DNA of 57,166 nucleotides, filler included, from Dirinaria sp. TL-2023a (lineage: Eukaryota): assembly GCA_051941275.1 (NCBI GenBank). It is 5 parts of 5 records of this genome, joined end to end, with 100 filler letters (N's around TTAATTAATTAA, not from the genome) between each part and the next. Parts side by side here need not be neighbours in the genome. Positions count along the whole stretch, not along the records: positions 1 to 11,377 come from JAVEBF010000848.1; positions 11,478 to 22,847 come from JAVEBF010000849.1; 3 more parts are not named here. One strand, given 5' to 3'. A program made the position numbers and the translations under genes. Of the stretch, positions 1-12,184 are shown one piece after another. Position 1 is the stretch's first letter; every line of letters begins with the position of its first letter. The notes beneath the pieces are model-generated. The model saw only the letters and a program-made list of their open reading frames with translations, did no database searches and was not told the DNA's origin.

Positions 1-43
<43 letters not shown>

Positions 44-70
44 CCTGCTGCTGCTGCTACTGCTGCTGCT
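1..70. repeat. Poly-A run followed by a (CTG)n-type microsatellite at the contig start
   Basis: 42 A residues, then CTGCTGCTGCTGCTACTGCTGCTGCT; this kind of low-complexity sequence is typical of an assembly break. Confidence 0.9.
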
Positions 71-475
71 AAAAAGAGTGTATGGCCTTCCCATTAAGGT
101 AGGTATTTCAGATCCCGTTTCGAAGGTTTTCGAGAAAAAAAAAAACCGCTTAGATACCAAGTAAGGTTCCTTCTCTCTCTCTCCGCGCGTTCAGCCACCA
201 TAAAAGGCTCTTCGCTAGCAATAGGTAGGGTGAGCGGTGGTGGTCATGATGGTGGTGATGGTGGTGATGGAGCAATGCCCGCTATTAATTCCCTCAAAAC
301 TTCCCTTCGAAGCTCATGGTGTTGTTTGTGATGTAAGCCTTTCATTTCGAAAAATTTCTCTTCCATTTGTGCCAAAGCAAAAAAAAACCCCGTTCTAATA
401 TCTCCCTCCTACGACAAAATATATATAACTGCGGCTCACGAGCCGCGGGGCCGGTTACTTCAGACCGTCCATCTT

Positions 476-3400
476 TCAATAAAGGGCCGACGACAATCGA
501 TCGATGTACGAAGGCTTGGCATCGATCTGGATTTCAACGTCTCCGGTATGCTCGCTGTCATCTTCGCTCTCTTCTGTGTCTTCGTCTGCCGTCAGAGGCT
601 TCTCTGGAGGAGGCTCTTCAAGCTTGGTGGGTTGCAAGGCCAGCGAGAGGTCCTTCCCAAGATCCTCCCACTCTTCTTCACTGAAGCTGATCCCTGAGGT
701 ACTCTTAGGCACACTTGGCTCTTCATCTGGCGCTGGTCCTACATCAATCAAATCCTCGAAGAGCTTGAGTTCCTCGCCGCGATGTGTCGTCCCTTCCGTG
801 GTCTCGACGACCAAGTCCTTGTCCTGTTGTACTGCCGGCTTCCTCTTTGTCGCGTCATGACTCTGTTTCTCGCCTTGCTGAACCACAGTGGCGTCTATGT
901 TGTCCACAGATAGGTCCCTGTTCGCAATGCGACCCATGTGCTGTGGGAAGAGCCATGGAAAGCTCATCAGAGGCATGCTCGAGGCTACCATTTTCCGCAG
1001 CGGAGTCTCCGTACCACCGACCATCACTTTCTGACGGCACTCGCTCAAAGCTGACTCCATTTCTTCGGCCGTCACCTGGTACATGGCGGCAACGAACGGT
1101 AATATATCACCGGAGCTCATTGCGTTAGCGCTCACCCGACATTCTTCACGGAACTGATCTTTCAATGCTTGAGCAAGACGTCCGATCTCCTCGTGAAACT
1201 TATAGTCTCTCGATTCACCCGAATGGTGCATGACAAAGGTGGACCATACCTCGAACTCGGTTTTGATTTCATGCTGGGCCATAATACGTCGGATTGCCGC
1301 GTCATACCGCTGCTTGATATCGGCCGCGGCTCGGAGTATGTCTGGCTCAAGTTGATAGGCTTCCAAAACGCGACTGTCGAAAGGTTTGTCGAACGTTGGA
1401 ACGAAGTCGACGCGATTGACTTGATCGAACAATTGACCAAGAATCTTCTTCGAGACATATTGCTGTTCCTTTGGCTTAAACTTCTTTTCCATGAAATGAG
1501 GCCATTTTCTAGGACGCAGGTCCCTCGTCATACGGGCGGGAATACCAGACTTGACATAATCCACTGCCATGGAATGTAATGCTGCAAGCTGAAGACCTGT
1601 TGTAGCTTAGCGAGATATCAAAGCAGTCTTGGGGAATATGCTTACATTTCTTGTCCTTGATACCGTCGTCGAGATAGTCCGCTTGTGCAACGTGTGCGTG
1701 AGCGATGGAAGGCAGCGTATCATTCTTCATGTAGGTGACGAAGAACGCTGTAATATCGTCGATTTCGACCTCATGTTCAACCGCTAGAGGAGGCGGAGCC
1801 GTGTAATTCATAGGCTCGTGGTTCCATTCCTCCGGCAACAGCTCTTGATCCCACATGACAAGGAAATCATCCCCATCAAGGTCACCGCCAGAACACATAC
1901 TGGCTATATCCCGATCGCCTGTCTGGGGAAGGACAACTGCATCCTTCAGGTGCCGAAGGCTAGGAACATCAACTCCACGAACAACGCGTATGTCACCGGG
2001 ATGAAGAGACGGGTTTCGTGCGAGTAACATGGGGCCGGTAATGACGCGCGGTTTTTTATCCGATCCTTGCGAGATTTGAACAAATACTTCAGGGAGCAAG
2101 AGCTCCTTTTCTTCCCTGGTGCTTGCTTGGTCGAGGCTGATGTCATTGTAGTGACCTCTAAGGATACCTGTCTCGTCGACGCAACCGAGTAGTAGCGCTC
2201 CATCCGTGATAGTTAACCTAGCTTTCTCTTTCAAGTATTTGATAGACCAAGCTCGCCACAAATGCAGCAAAGACGTGAGGAAAGGCTCTTGAGTCTTTTG
2301 AAAGCCATCTATGATCATGCCAGCCATACACAGCGTCATTTGGTTAGGATCAATATCCTTCTGCAATAAAGCCAAGGCAGTTTTTTCTTCTCTCATGGCT
2401 TGCTCTAGGTTCGCTAGCTGGCTTTTGAGCTTTCCAATGAAGACCTCATCTGGTACGCCAAGCGCGGAAAGCACAAGAATTAGTTGGCGATTCAGGTTTG
2501 CCGAAGCCATCTGCGACCAGCGGATGATCTCTAGGCCTTCGTGCATAGCTGGAAACTTGTACTGGCTTGGACGAATATGTACTTCCTGTCGTACAGCGTC
2601 TGGGGATACCGCCAAGACACCTTTACAGCCGCCCAGTCGGAATTGGAAGACTGACGGTGGCTCCAGAGTCGAAAGCCCCAGCTCCGAGGCGGCGAGCTGT
2701 GCAAGCATGGGCGAGATCTTGCCTACGCCGTCGGAGAACGTATATCCATTGCGTTGGATATCCTCATCTTCTATGACAGTGACCCTAGTGCAATTGATTG
2801 CTCGGGTGGTTGAAAAACACTGGCCAAGACGTGCTGCATGTTTGGCAACGATCTTGATGTCACTGAATTTACCCATCCAATTTCGTATGTGCTTCGCAGT
2901 AAGATGCTGTAAGGGTGCGAAGAAATAAGCCCCGTGTTCCCGGAACTGTGAATTTCCAAATGCCAGGAACTCGTAATGACGATCCCCTATGGTGATACCA
3001 TTCTTCATGGCGCGAAAGATACGAGTAAAAACCTCGTCCATCGTGTTTTTATCTGTGGGAAAGATACGGCCCTTTTCAAGTTAGTCAGACAGTACGGTGT
3101 TTCTGCGGATCAAGATCACTTACTTGAGACTTTTCGTCGGTAAATCGTACGCGAAGAAAGCGGTCGGCATACTCAGCGTATTGACGAATGATACGATTCG
3201 ACGTATCCACGGTAGGTGTGTTAAAATAGATTGTGGTAGGCGTAACATTGGCTGACCTAATAGATGCGCAATAGTAGGGGATTCTTGTTCGTGAAGTTGA
3301 GCTCTTAATGACATTGAAGGAGAAGATCTGCATTGGTTCCCACATCCTCTTCTTCTGATTTGCAATATACTCAAGCACGTCTTGCGCCTTGACTTCGTCC

Positions 3401-5624
3401 ATAGCTATCAGACGACTGACGAATTCTTGGGTTAAGTTGTGCTCGTTGAGGATGCCTTGCGAGATGCAAACTTCAAGCTGAAAGCGTACAGCGAATGATA
3501 ATTGCGGTATTACATCGAAAGCGAGCTCTTCAAGCAGGTTTCCATTCTGGTTTTGTGTCGAGATAGAATGGTCAATATACTCCCAAACAGCCGGCCCGCA
3601 GTCCTTGATGACCTTGAATGTAGGAAACGGCTTGAATTCCACGTTGTGATCTCGTAAGGCCTGGCACATACGATTGAATAAGGGGCGGCTGTTGCGAGAC
3701 ATGTCAAATGCCAAGCGATATGTTGTCCAACGACCTGGCACAGACAATGTCAGTCAGCAAGGCTAATGCAGAGTCCAAGTTGGGGAGACTCGCCAATGTC
3801 AATTATTGGTTTGGTCTTCTTCAAAGCTAGAGCGGAGCTCTTGAGATCGCCATGATCGTAGATAATATCTGTTTGTCGAAACCATGCGTCCCTCTCGGTC
3901 CAGAATCTACTACCTTCCTCATGCGTCATACTCTCGTCAACCTTTCTATAGAAGCGTGGAGGCGTTTCCAGAGATACCAGAAAGATCACTTTGTCCTGTC
4001 CATCCTGGACCTGATAGATAGATTCCAGTTGGGAGAAAGGAACGCTGAAACGTATGCTCTCGTCTCGGTTGTACCTCCCAACCTTTGCTCGAGTAGACGA
4101 TGGTCGAGGATCACGTATCTCGAGAGTCATTTCAACCACAATCTCCCTATGGAGCATGCTCTGACGGAAAACGATGTGACTTTTTGGGGTCGGATGGGCT
4201 GTGTACATGCTCATCATAGTCTCCCGATCGTACATAACCCCAAAGTCAACCGAGGCAAGCGTCATGACCTGGACTTGGAGTCAAACTAAGATTTTCCCGC
4301 AGCTTTGTAACACTACTCACCATAACCTCGGGATACTTAACGGTCGAATCCACAGGACTTGGAGACAGAAAGGTGCGAGGGGCTGGTTCGAGCTCAAGCC
4401 GAACGTATACATCGCCTGTGCCCTTCGCGCGCACTGGAAAGGTATTTGCCTGCCAAAACGCTGTAGCTGGTGGCGGACTTCAATTCGAGACGTCAGCGAG
4501 GAACATTTTTGGCCACTTGCTAGGCTAGTGTCTTACCTAAAGCGAATGCAAGCTTTGCCGTTTCGGTTGCCTGCAGTGTCTTCGAAAATCTCAATCGCCT
4601 TGATTGATCCCTCTTTACTGAAAGAAGTCCAGAGATCGCCCGTTGTTATGTTTGGAGTCAAGCCGAAGACCCTAATACGGACTTCGACCCAACGCAACCA
4701 TTCCCCTTGACGTCGTGTCGCAAAGCCATTGCGGTCCTGGTTGTTAGGCTGTGATCCATGGTGTCTAGCTACCGTCCTTTGGGACATGGCTCGGCGTTGA
4801 TACTGCAGGCCTCTCCCTGCCTCTGCAGATGCTGAGTAAAGCGAGTTTCTAATCATGGGGCGAGCAATTTTGGGTGTGTCAGTAGAATTAGAGCCACGGT
4901 GTCGAGGTGAAGCGTGAGGAGGTGAAGCAGAAGTGAGCGGCGATTTCACTTGTTGTATGTGATTGCTACGAGCTTGCGCTTCACTAGGTTGCCCTTGCCG
5001 AGAGCGAGCTGTTACGTCTTGCATAGCTGATTTGCGATTAGCCTTCCTCCTGCGGACTCGACGCGTCACGGGTGATTGAGTAAGTGAAGCTTTAGTGTTG
5101 ATGCAGTCCTGTGACGCAAGTGAGACTTTGGTGCCAAGATGTGACCTCGGTGAAGTTGTGCTGTCGCTTTCCCAAGCGTCTGTCTGGCTCGAAGGGATAT
5201 TATTCTCGTCCTGTCGATGAATATGAGGCTTTGATAAGTCAGTCTTGCATGACCGACTTGTCTGCCGGTGATTTTTGATAGTTGAACGAGGTTTGTTGGA
5301 ATCCAAGTTCAATTCCTCCGCAGGCCGATCTCGAACAGTGAGGTTAGATGATGTAGACAGGTACGGAGGAAAAGGTTCTTGAACTCCATGCAGATTGTTC
5401 GTGCCAGGAAGCTTGACTCTGATATGCTTTTCTTGTTCTGTAGTAGTTGCTCTTTTTGTTGCTCGCAATGCTTTCCGGCTTTTGTTGCCACATCCAGTAG
5501 TGCCAGTAGTGCTTTCCTGCAATGCTTTGTTTATATCAATATTGCAACACGTCGGCCGCCGATAGTCATTGGCTGGCAGGTGCACCACGGGCGTTTTGTC
5601 TTCGGCTTCGAACAAGGGCATCAT
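476..5624 (-). CDS. Eukaryotic RNA-dependent RNA polymerase (RNAi), SAD-1-like, 6 exons; start codon uncertain
   Basis: Catalytic SGGDLDGDDF motif plus FSDGVGKIS, QFRLGGCKG, RNPSLHPGD, LHSMAVDY and WPHFMEK; RRM-like N-terminal segment (IRVFGLTPNITTGDLWTSF). Introns 4478-4536, 4269-4320, 3735-3793 (GC-AG), 3072-3123 and 1597-1645 join ORFs 4533..5624, 4246..4434, 3750..4265, 3085..3747, 1509..3041 and 476..1570 in frame. Confidence 0.93.
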
Positions 5625-6957
5625 TTTGATGTCTTTTGCCGTGGCAGTCTCACAAAATGCTACGACAATGTGTCAAAAGTAGTGTAATGATAAGTCCTAA
5701 GTTTTTGATACTTAGAGACCGGTTCAGAGATTCAAATGAATAAAATAGGAGCTAAAGATTGACGTGATGAATGAGGCTCGTGTTGCAGGACTTCTGCAAC
5801 ACCTCTACCATTCAGCAGGCCGGAGGAATTCCATTCAATTAAGACTACCTCTGAACACATCCAAGAAGTAGCTTCACTTGTGGCAGCAACTTCACACTTG
5901 TACAGCTACCGTAATCTCACCTACATGGGACATTCACCTCAGAAACCCCGCAATGCCGACTTTTGTTCTAGCTGCGGCAGTGGAAGATCAGGGAACCTTT
6001 CTGAACGAACGAAAGATAGAATCCTACATCAACCAGAGGACATGATCGAAGCGGAGCCTAAGAATAAGTTCCGGGTAAGTTAGCTGGTCAAGCCGGCCCA
6101 AAAACAGGATCATTGGAGGTTCTCTTGACAAAATGCTCCCTGAGCAGCAACTTCTGCTTTGCGATAAATGTTGGCTGTAGGGTCCGGACTTTGCCGAGTG
6201 GATTCTAAAGGCCTCTGATGAATTTCCAAGTTACTTAATCTGTAGCGCCGATTTCTTCAACATGGTAATGCTGTCAAAGTAGTTGTAGCATTCTGCTCCA
6301 GAGAGAAAGGTTTTATGTTCATGCTCCAGTGAGATGGTGACCTGGGACTGTTCTAATGCAGGTTGAGATGAGCGGCCAAAGCTGCGACTTCTTGATTGAG
6401 CAGTCATGTTTGAAAACCTTTTGAGAACTCTGACAACTGAAAACAAAGCGGATTTCATGCTTGTTTGCTTACAAAATACAGTATGTCACAAACAGTGAGT
6501 TTTATCATCGCTTCTGAAGATTTCGGCCAGGAAGTATAGACTCAGACCCTGAAGTTTCTTCCAAAGACTTCGTAATAGAGAGAGTTCGGATGCTCTAGGC
6601 ATATAGAGTATATTGGCCATGAAGTGCTCCGGATCGTGCCCCAGTCTAAGCTTTAGGCAAGTTGACCAGCTGCACGAGCAAACAAGCGCTATGCAACTTG
6701 ATGCGAGCATCCGCAATTGCAGGGTTTGAACATGCGATATCCCCTTTAGTCACAAATCCTGAACTTATAATTTTTTGCAGCTTCTCAGACAAGACGTCTA
6801 AAATCGTAATCCGATACATTGATATTCGGCCAACAACTCAGCATTGACTCTAGGGTAGCTCAGGAAAGATTGTAGTCCATTGTCTCTGAGAAGGCTCAAG
6901 TTTCTTCGAGCACTGATCAGCCATTGTCATGCTTCCAGCTGATTGAACCCTTAGCAA

Positions 6958-9900
6958 TTAGATATCTGTCGTCGTCTCGCCTTCAAGCAGTCCTGAGTCT
7001 CGATCATCTATCGGTCCTAATCGCTCCTCACTAGTACCAATTAATATGTTACTACTATTGAAAGACATGTCTCCCAGTGCTATCTCATAAGTATCTTTCG
7101 GATTTCTTTGTGCTGTTGCTGTTGGGGCGCTGGTACACGGTAGCTCAGGCTTCTGGGTGTTGGGCTGGGTTGGTATTAGAAGAACCTCATTCTGCGACGC
7201 GGATCCGAGAGTCCCCAATGGATAACGGCGGCGCTTAGTATGACATCCTTCAGTTGCCCTGCGCGCCCGCGATCCTCGTGAATGCGTCTTCGCCACACTT
7301 GAAGGAGATGGACAACGGTAAGCAGTGCCTGTTCTAGCTCGCTTTGGAGAAGGGCCGCTTTTGCTTAAGTCGCTTGATCTAGAAGAATCAATTGCATCAC
7401 CTTCACTGGAAGTGTCGTCGGGTAAGACCTCCGTATCGTACAGGCTGGGGAGAGCAGAGTTATTGTCATCTGCAATATAGGATTTCGACAATGGGGAGTC
7501 TAGTCCGGCCGGTCGGTTGTTGATTCTTGAAGTCATTTTATTGTGAAACTCTGCCATCACTTGTGCCTGTTCTGTATAGGCACCGCGTAGTTTGGTAAGC
7601 TAACCATATAGGCGAAATTGTAAGCAGAGATCCGGCAAGAGGCGAGTTCCATGACTTACCTTGCTTTCCAGGTCATGGACTCTGGCCTTGCTGCTATTCA
7701 TTCTCCTTTCCGAGAGCCTCGCCTTATGTTCTTGGTCCTTTTTCAGCCCTGTAATCGCATTCCGATGTACCTCTTGGAGTTTTTCCATCTGTTGATAGTC
7801 AGTTCCATGTGCTTCATGTAGAAACTACGCCCTATGATCTTACCTCTGCTTCTTTCACAGCAACATCTCCAGCGTGCGATTTCTGCATATTGGCCTTCTC
7901 CAGTTCAAATGTTACAACCTGAGACGCCATCTTCGAAGATAGTGAGCTTGTTTGCTTGCTGCTTTCCTGGTACTAAGGACTGTTAGATTCAATGCCTCAT
8001 AGCCAAAGCACGGGCTAATTACCTTTCCATCGAGGACTGCAATGTCGGTATTAAGCTTCGCATTCTTTGATTCCAAGTCTTCGATTGCAGTAAGCCTTTC
8101 GGTAGCCAAAGTCTCAGATACTTTCAAGTCCTGAGAGATCTGGGCCACGGCTTCCTCGAATTGGACTAATTGGACCTTCTGCTGATTCTCACGTTCCTGG
8201 CCGCTTGAGCATTGTTTGAGCAATTCTTCTACGCGAGCCTCCAAGAGCTCAAACTTGGTTACTTGCTCCTCATACTGCTTGTTCTTACCCATAATAGTCT
8301 CCATATATGTTATATCCTGCTTCCGAGCAGCTTCGGCTGAGGCGCTTGCAGCGCGCACAGCCTCGTCTTCCGCCTGCTCCATCTTTTTCTGCATGGTATC
8401 AGATTCGACTTGGAGGGATTCAGAGCGTTGTTCGGCAGCATCCGCTCGCTCTTGAAGGCGAGCGATTGTCACTTCGAGGCCATTGATAACTTCGCAAGAC
8501 TCTTCTTCTTGCCCCTCCAGCTCTTTATTTCGTGCCTCAATTGCTTCCAACCGCCTCTGTAGATCCTGACTCTTGGCTTGCTCAATACGGAACGGTTTTT
8601 CAGCATCATTGCAACGAGCTTCGAAATCTCGACACACTTCCCCAACAATTTGGACAACTGTCTGATGCTGATATCTAGCATCTCTTGAAAGAGTCTCAGC
8701 AAGGCGGTCTTTCCACGCGTGGCTCGGCATATCTTGAGGCGTACTCCCAGCGTCAAAAAGGGAGATCTCGTGGGTCTTCTGGATCTGTCCGCGGAGCCCA
8801 AAGAAATTGCATGTTGGCATAATAGCACAAAGACGTGTCTGCTTCTCCAATAAGGCAACAGCAAGCGAGGGCTCTAGACTTGATCTATTGTCCGTGGCAT
8901 ACAATACTGTTTGTAAGATTAAAGAGCACAGCCTGCGGTGGCATTCCAGCTGCAAAGCCACGTACTGTAGTGGGCACTGCCCGTGTACCGTGTGCTCTTC
9001 GGATGAGCTGGATGGGGTATGTTCCAGAAAACGTTGAATGGGAGCAGCGAAAGTATCGGCTAATAAAGAACGCAGGATTCTATGCCTCGTATCTGTTGAT
9101 GTTGTACTCAAAGCACCAAATGCCTCTATAATTTGAATTGTTTTCTTCAGATTCGTAAAAGATTTCCCGGAAGGAGCTTCACATTGCACGGTTGACTGAA
9201 GGGCTTGTAAAAGAATCGTCGCTACGTAAGGCTCGTCCAATTGCGCCTAGGGTCTTTAGACAATGCTGGCATACCGACATGGTGTACAACTTACAATATA
9301 ATTTTCAAGCACTGTCTGAGCACAAAGTGCATCAGGACTATCATCAAGTTGAAGTCTGATAGACTTTTCCAGCTCTGCTGGGACGGGTGACGGATGGTGC
9401 AGAGCTGCAATAAAGTCTAACGCCTAGATAATATTAGAATCTGGTAGAATTGCTCGAAGTTGACCCGGATTACCGTGCGCCGCACTTCACCATCCAAGTC
9501 CTTCTGGAAAATATATTCTTCCAATTTTGCCTCGTTTGAGGTGTCCCTCGATTGCCAATTTTGCCGAGACTCAGAATTTATAGATTGGATAGTCTCCTTA
9601 TCCAGTCTCAAAATCTCTATCCGCTCGTCCACGGTCGCGGTGCAACTAGGAGAACAGGCCCATCGAGCCCTGACGAGAACAACAGTCTTCATCTTGGAAA
9701 TATTCTTACTCCCAAAAAATTTGGCCGCAGGCTCGAATTGATCTCCACCTTCATTGCGATGTGCTATATCAGAAACGGGCAAGTCTGACTGCAATATGCT
9801 CTGCGTGTTGGCCGAAGCAAATTTTGCTAGCACCGCAAGACACAAAGCGTAAGTGGTGTGCGCATTCTTGTCCAATGTCGCTGGAAATTTCATGAATCGG

Positions 9901-10666
9901 CTTTGAGCCTGCTTGAGAAGTGTAGGAGGTAGGATCTCCAAGCTCTGACAGCCAATACCACTCAATAGTGAGTGCAATGGTCTCATGGTCTCAATAGATG
10001 GGAACTCGCTTGCACTTTTTACCAATTCCGTCAAGAAATCTTGTATTTCCGCGGGGAGCGGGACGACCGGCGGGTGCGCAAGCAGCGCTACACACAGCGC
10101 AGCATACTATATAGGTTAAACAGACACAAGGACAGGACCGGTCTTCATACCTGCTTGTAACCTTTTTCCGAGCCAGTGGCTTTTCTCAAAAGCGTTGACA
10201 GTAGAGCTGGCTCCAATTCTAATACGGCATCACGAAAGAGCAAGATGCATGCTGGCAGACTGAGCCGCTGTCCAGAATAAGAGAGACAGGGTAGACTTAC
10301 ACAGTTTCTGCAGAATCTCCAAGGCCAAAGGCGAGTGTTGAAGACTCCCCACAACAGCGGCAGCAAGAGCCCTCAAATCGCATCTTCCCTGAGCCCAGCG
10401 CAGCAGCTTATATTGCTCAAGGCCGTTCAAGAGCTGGTGAAGCCGCTATTGAATCGTCGACTGCTGTTAGCTATTCTGTTCTGCCAAAAAGAAAAAGGAA
10501 AAAACCAAGAAAAAGTGTTTAAACTAGAATATTTGCAAAATGCCGCGAAGGATCTGATTCAATTGCAATGCAAAGAGCTTCATAACTATGACGGGCATCT
10601 TACCTGCAAGCTCACCTGATAGGGAGCTGTGACAACCCGCCAAACTTCTTCCGAGAGTTCTTGCAT
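6958..10666 (-). CDS. Uncharacterised multi-exon protein: helical N-terminus, long central coiled coil, disordered S/R/P-rich tail
   Basis: ATG at 10666 (MQELSEEVWRVVTAPYQVSLQ). Introns 10446-10603, 10252-10300, 10107-10150, 9424-9473 and 9247-9294 link in frame into ORF 7912..9240, which has E/Q/K/L heptad-like runs. ORFs 7600..7788 and 6958..7560 continue on the same strand; the 3' introns were not fully resolved. Confidence 0.7.
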
Positions 10667-11377
10667 TGCTGTTAGACACAGCTGTCAGACGAAGGGTGTT
10701 TCTGAAGAGTAAAGGCATCATGACCAGTTCAGTGATGTGAAGCGAGTTCATAATGCTTCCCAGTGGTTGCCTGTACAACCTTCCGAAGAGAAGCGGGCCA
10801 AGATTCTGCGACCGAGGGGACACTCCTATTAGCCATTATCATAGGACTACCGCTTATTAAGTATAGGTCATGATAGATCTAAAGTACACTCCCACTCAAG
10901 CCACTCAACGAACTCGATATGACATCAATAATATGAAGGATTTTGACTTCTGTACCTCCTCAAAATCGTCTTTTCATAGCTCAGACAGAAAATACTGTCT
11001 TGAATTGTTACGACCCTGGAACAAGTAGTAAGATAGGCAACCAAGTCGTGACTTGGTTTAGTTAGTCTTTTGGTTCTACCGGGACTTTTACCATGGGAAA
11101 CCTATCTAACCAAGGTAAGGTCTTTGACAAAGAGAAAATGTATATAAAATCCGCCAGTAGTCCTCTACCTTAAAAGCAAGCATTTTACGAAACCCAAGCC
11201 TACAAAAAAACCCCTCTGATTCACAAGATAGAAAACCAAAACATGCATTATCCCCCTTCTATCTTCAACCCTTCTCTTCCCATCCCTCCCTCTCGCAGCC
11301 GCAGCCGCAGCTTCCTACACACCCTGCCTCTCACCCACCCAAGACCTCCAAATCCGGAACCGCCTGGCCATCTACGG

Positions 11378-11477
11378 NNNNNNNNNNNNNNNNNNNNNNN
11401 NNNNNNNNNNNNNNNNNNNNNTTAATTAATTAANNNNNNNNNNNNNNNNNNNNNNNNNNNNNNNNNNNNNNNNNNNN
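11378..11477. other. Artificial contig linker
   Basis: 44 N + TTAATTAATTAA (stops in all six frames) + 44 N, exactly 100 bp. Confidence 0.98.
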
Positions 11478-12184
11478 TGTGGGTTGGGGCTGAAGGGACC
11501 AGAGGGTGAGAGTAATTGGATGAGGAGGGAGGTAAACGGAGAGAGAGAGAGGTGAGGTTAGGCCATGCTTGCGGCTTGGGTTGCAAGGGTGAAATTTTGA
11601 CAGTGGGTGGGTTGAGTAGTTGTCTTACTTGAGGGCAATAATGCAGTGTAGTCGAGATGGAAGTCCGATAGTTTGATAATTTGCACGAATTCTTTAGCGC
11701 GTCATCTTTCAGGCTTCTCGGGAATCCTGAGTCCGAAGTTCTTGGCGTGCCTGGCTCCCTCCGACCTCGGCTCACATATAACCCTGAGGTTGACCTATTT
11801 AGAGCCATATTCATTTTACGTGTCGTAGTCTACCTTAGTAAGTAGATTTAGTGTTTCGATCCAGAGCTGGTCCATGAATAAAATCTAGAAGAGATCCCCC
11901 TAGCTGGAATACCCAAGTAATGTTATCATTGATCAGCGAGTCAGGATAATTTTGCAATTCTTTTTGTCTACCCTCCTCTATAACAAAAGTCATTCAGATC
12001 TTCTATCTGCACTTCGAGTCGAAAAGCTCCAACCAACATACTCAGAACAGTGCCAGTAGAATCTGGGGTACCAACTATTCTAGCCGCTCCATGACAAGAC
12101 TGAGGAATGATGGCCGAAAGATGCAAGCTTGATACACCCATGAGCCAGGATTGCAAGAACAAGAACAAGCCCGAATCAGTGGCG

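Noticed and set aside
476..5624. Viral RdRP/endogenous mycovirus, or a fragmented pseudogene
   Set aside because: It has the cellular DLDGD motif, and five spliceosomal introns explain all frame breaks.
11422..11433. Recurrent TTAATTAATTAA palindrome as a biological repeat, CRISPR-like array or recombination site
   Set aside because: It is always flanked by exactly 44 N on each side and has stops in all six frames, so it is a synthetic linker.
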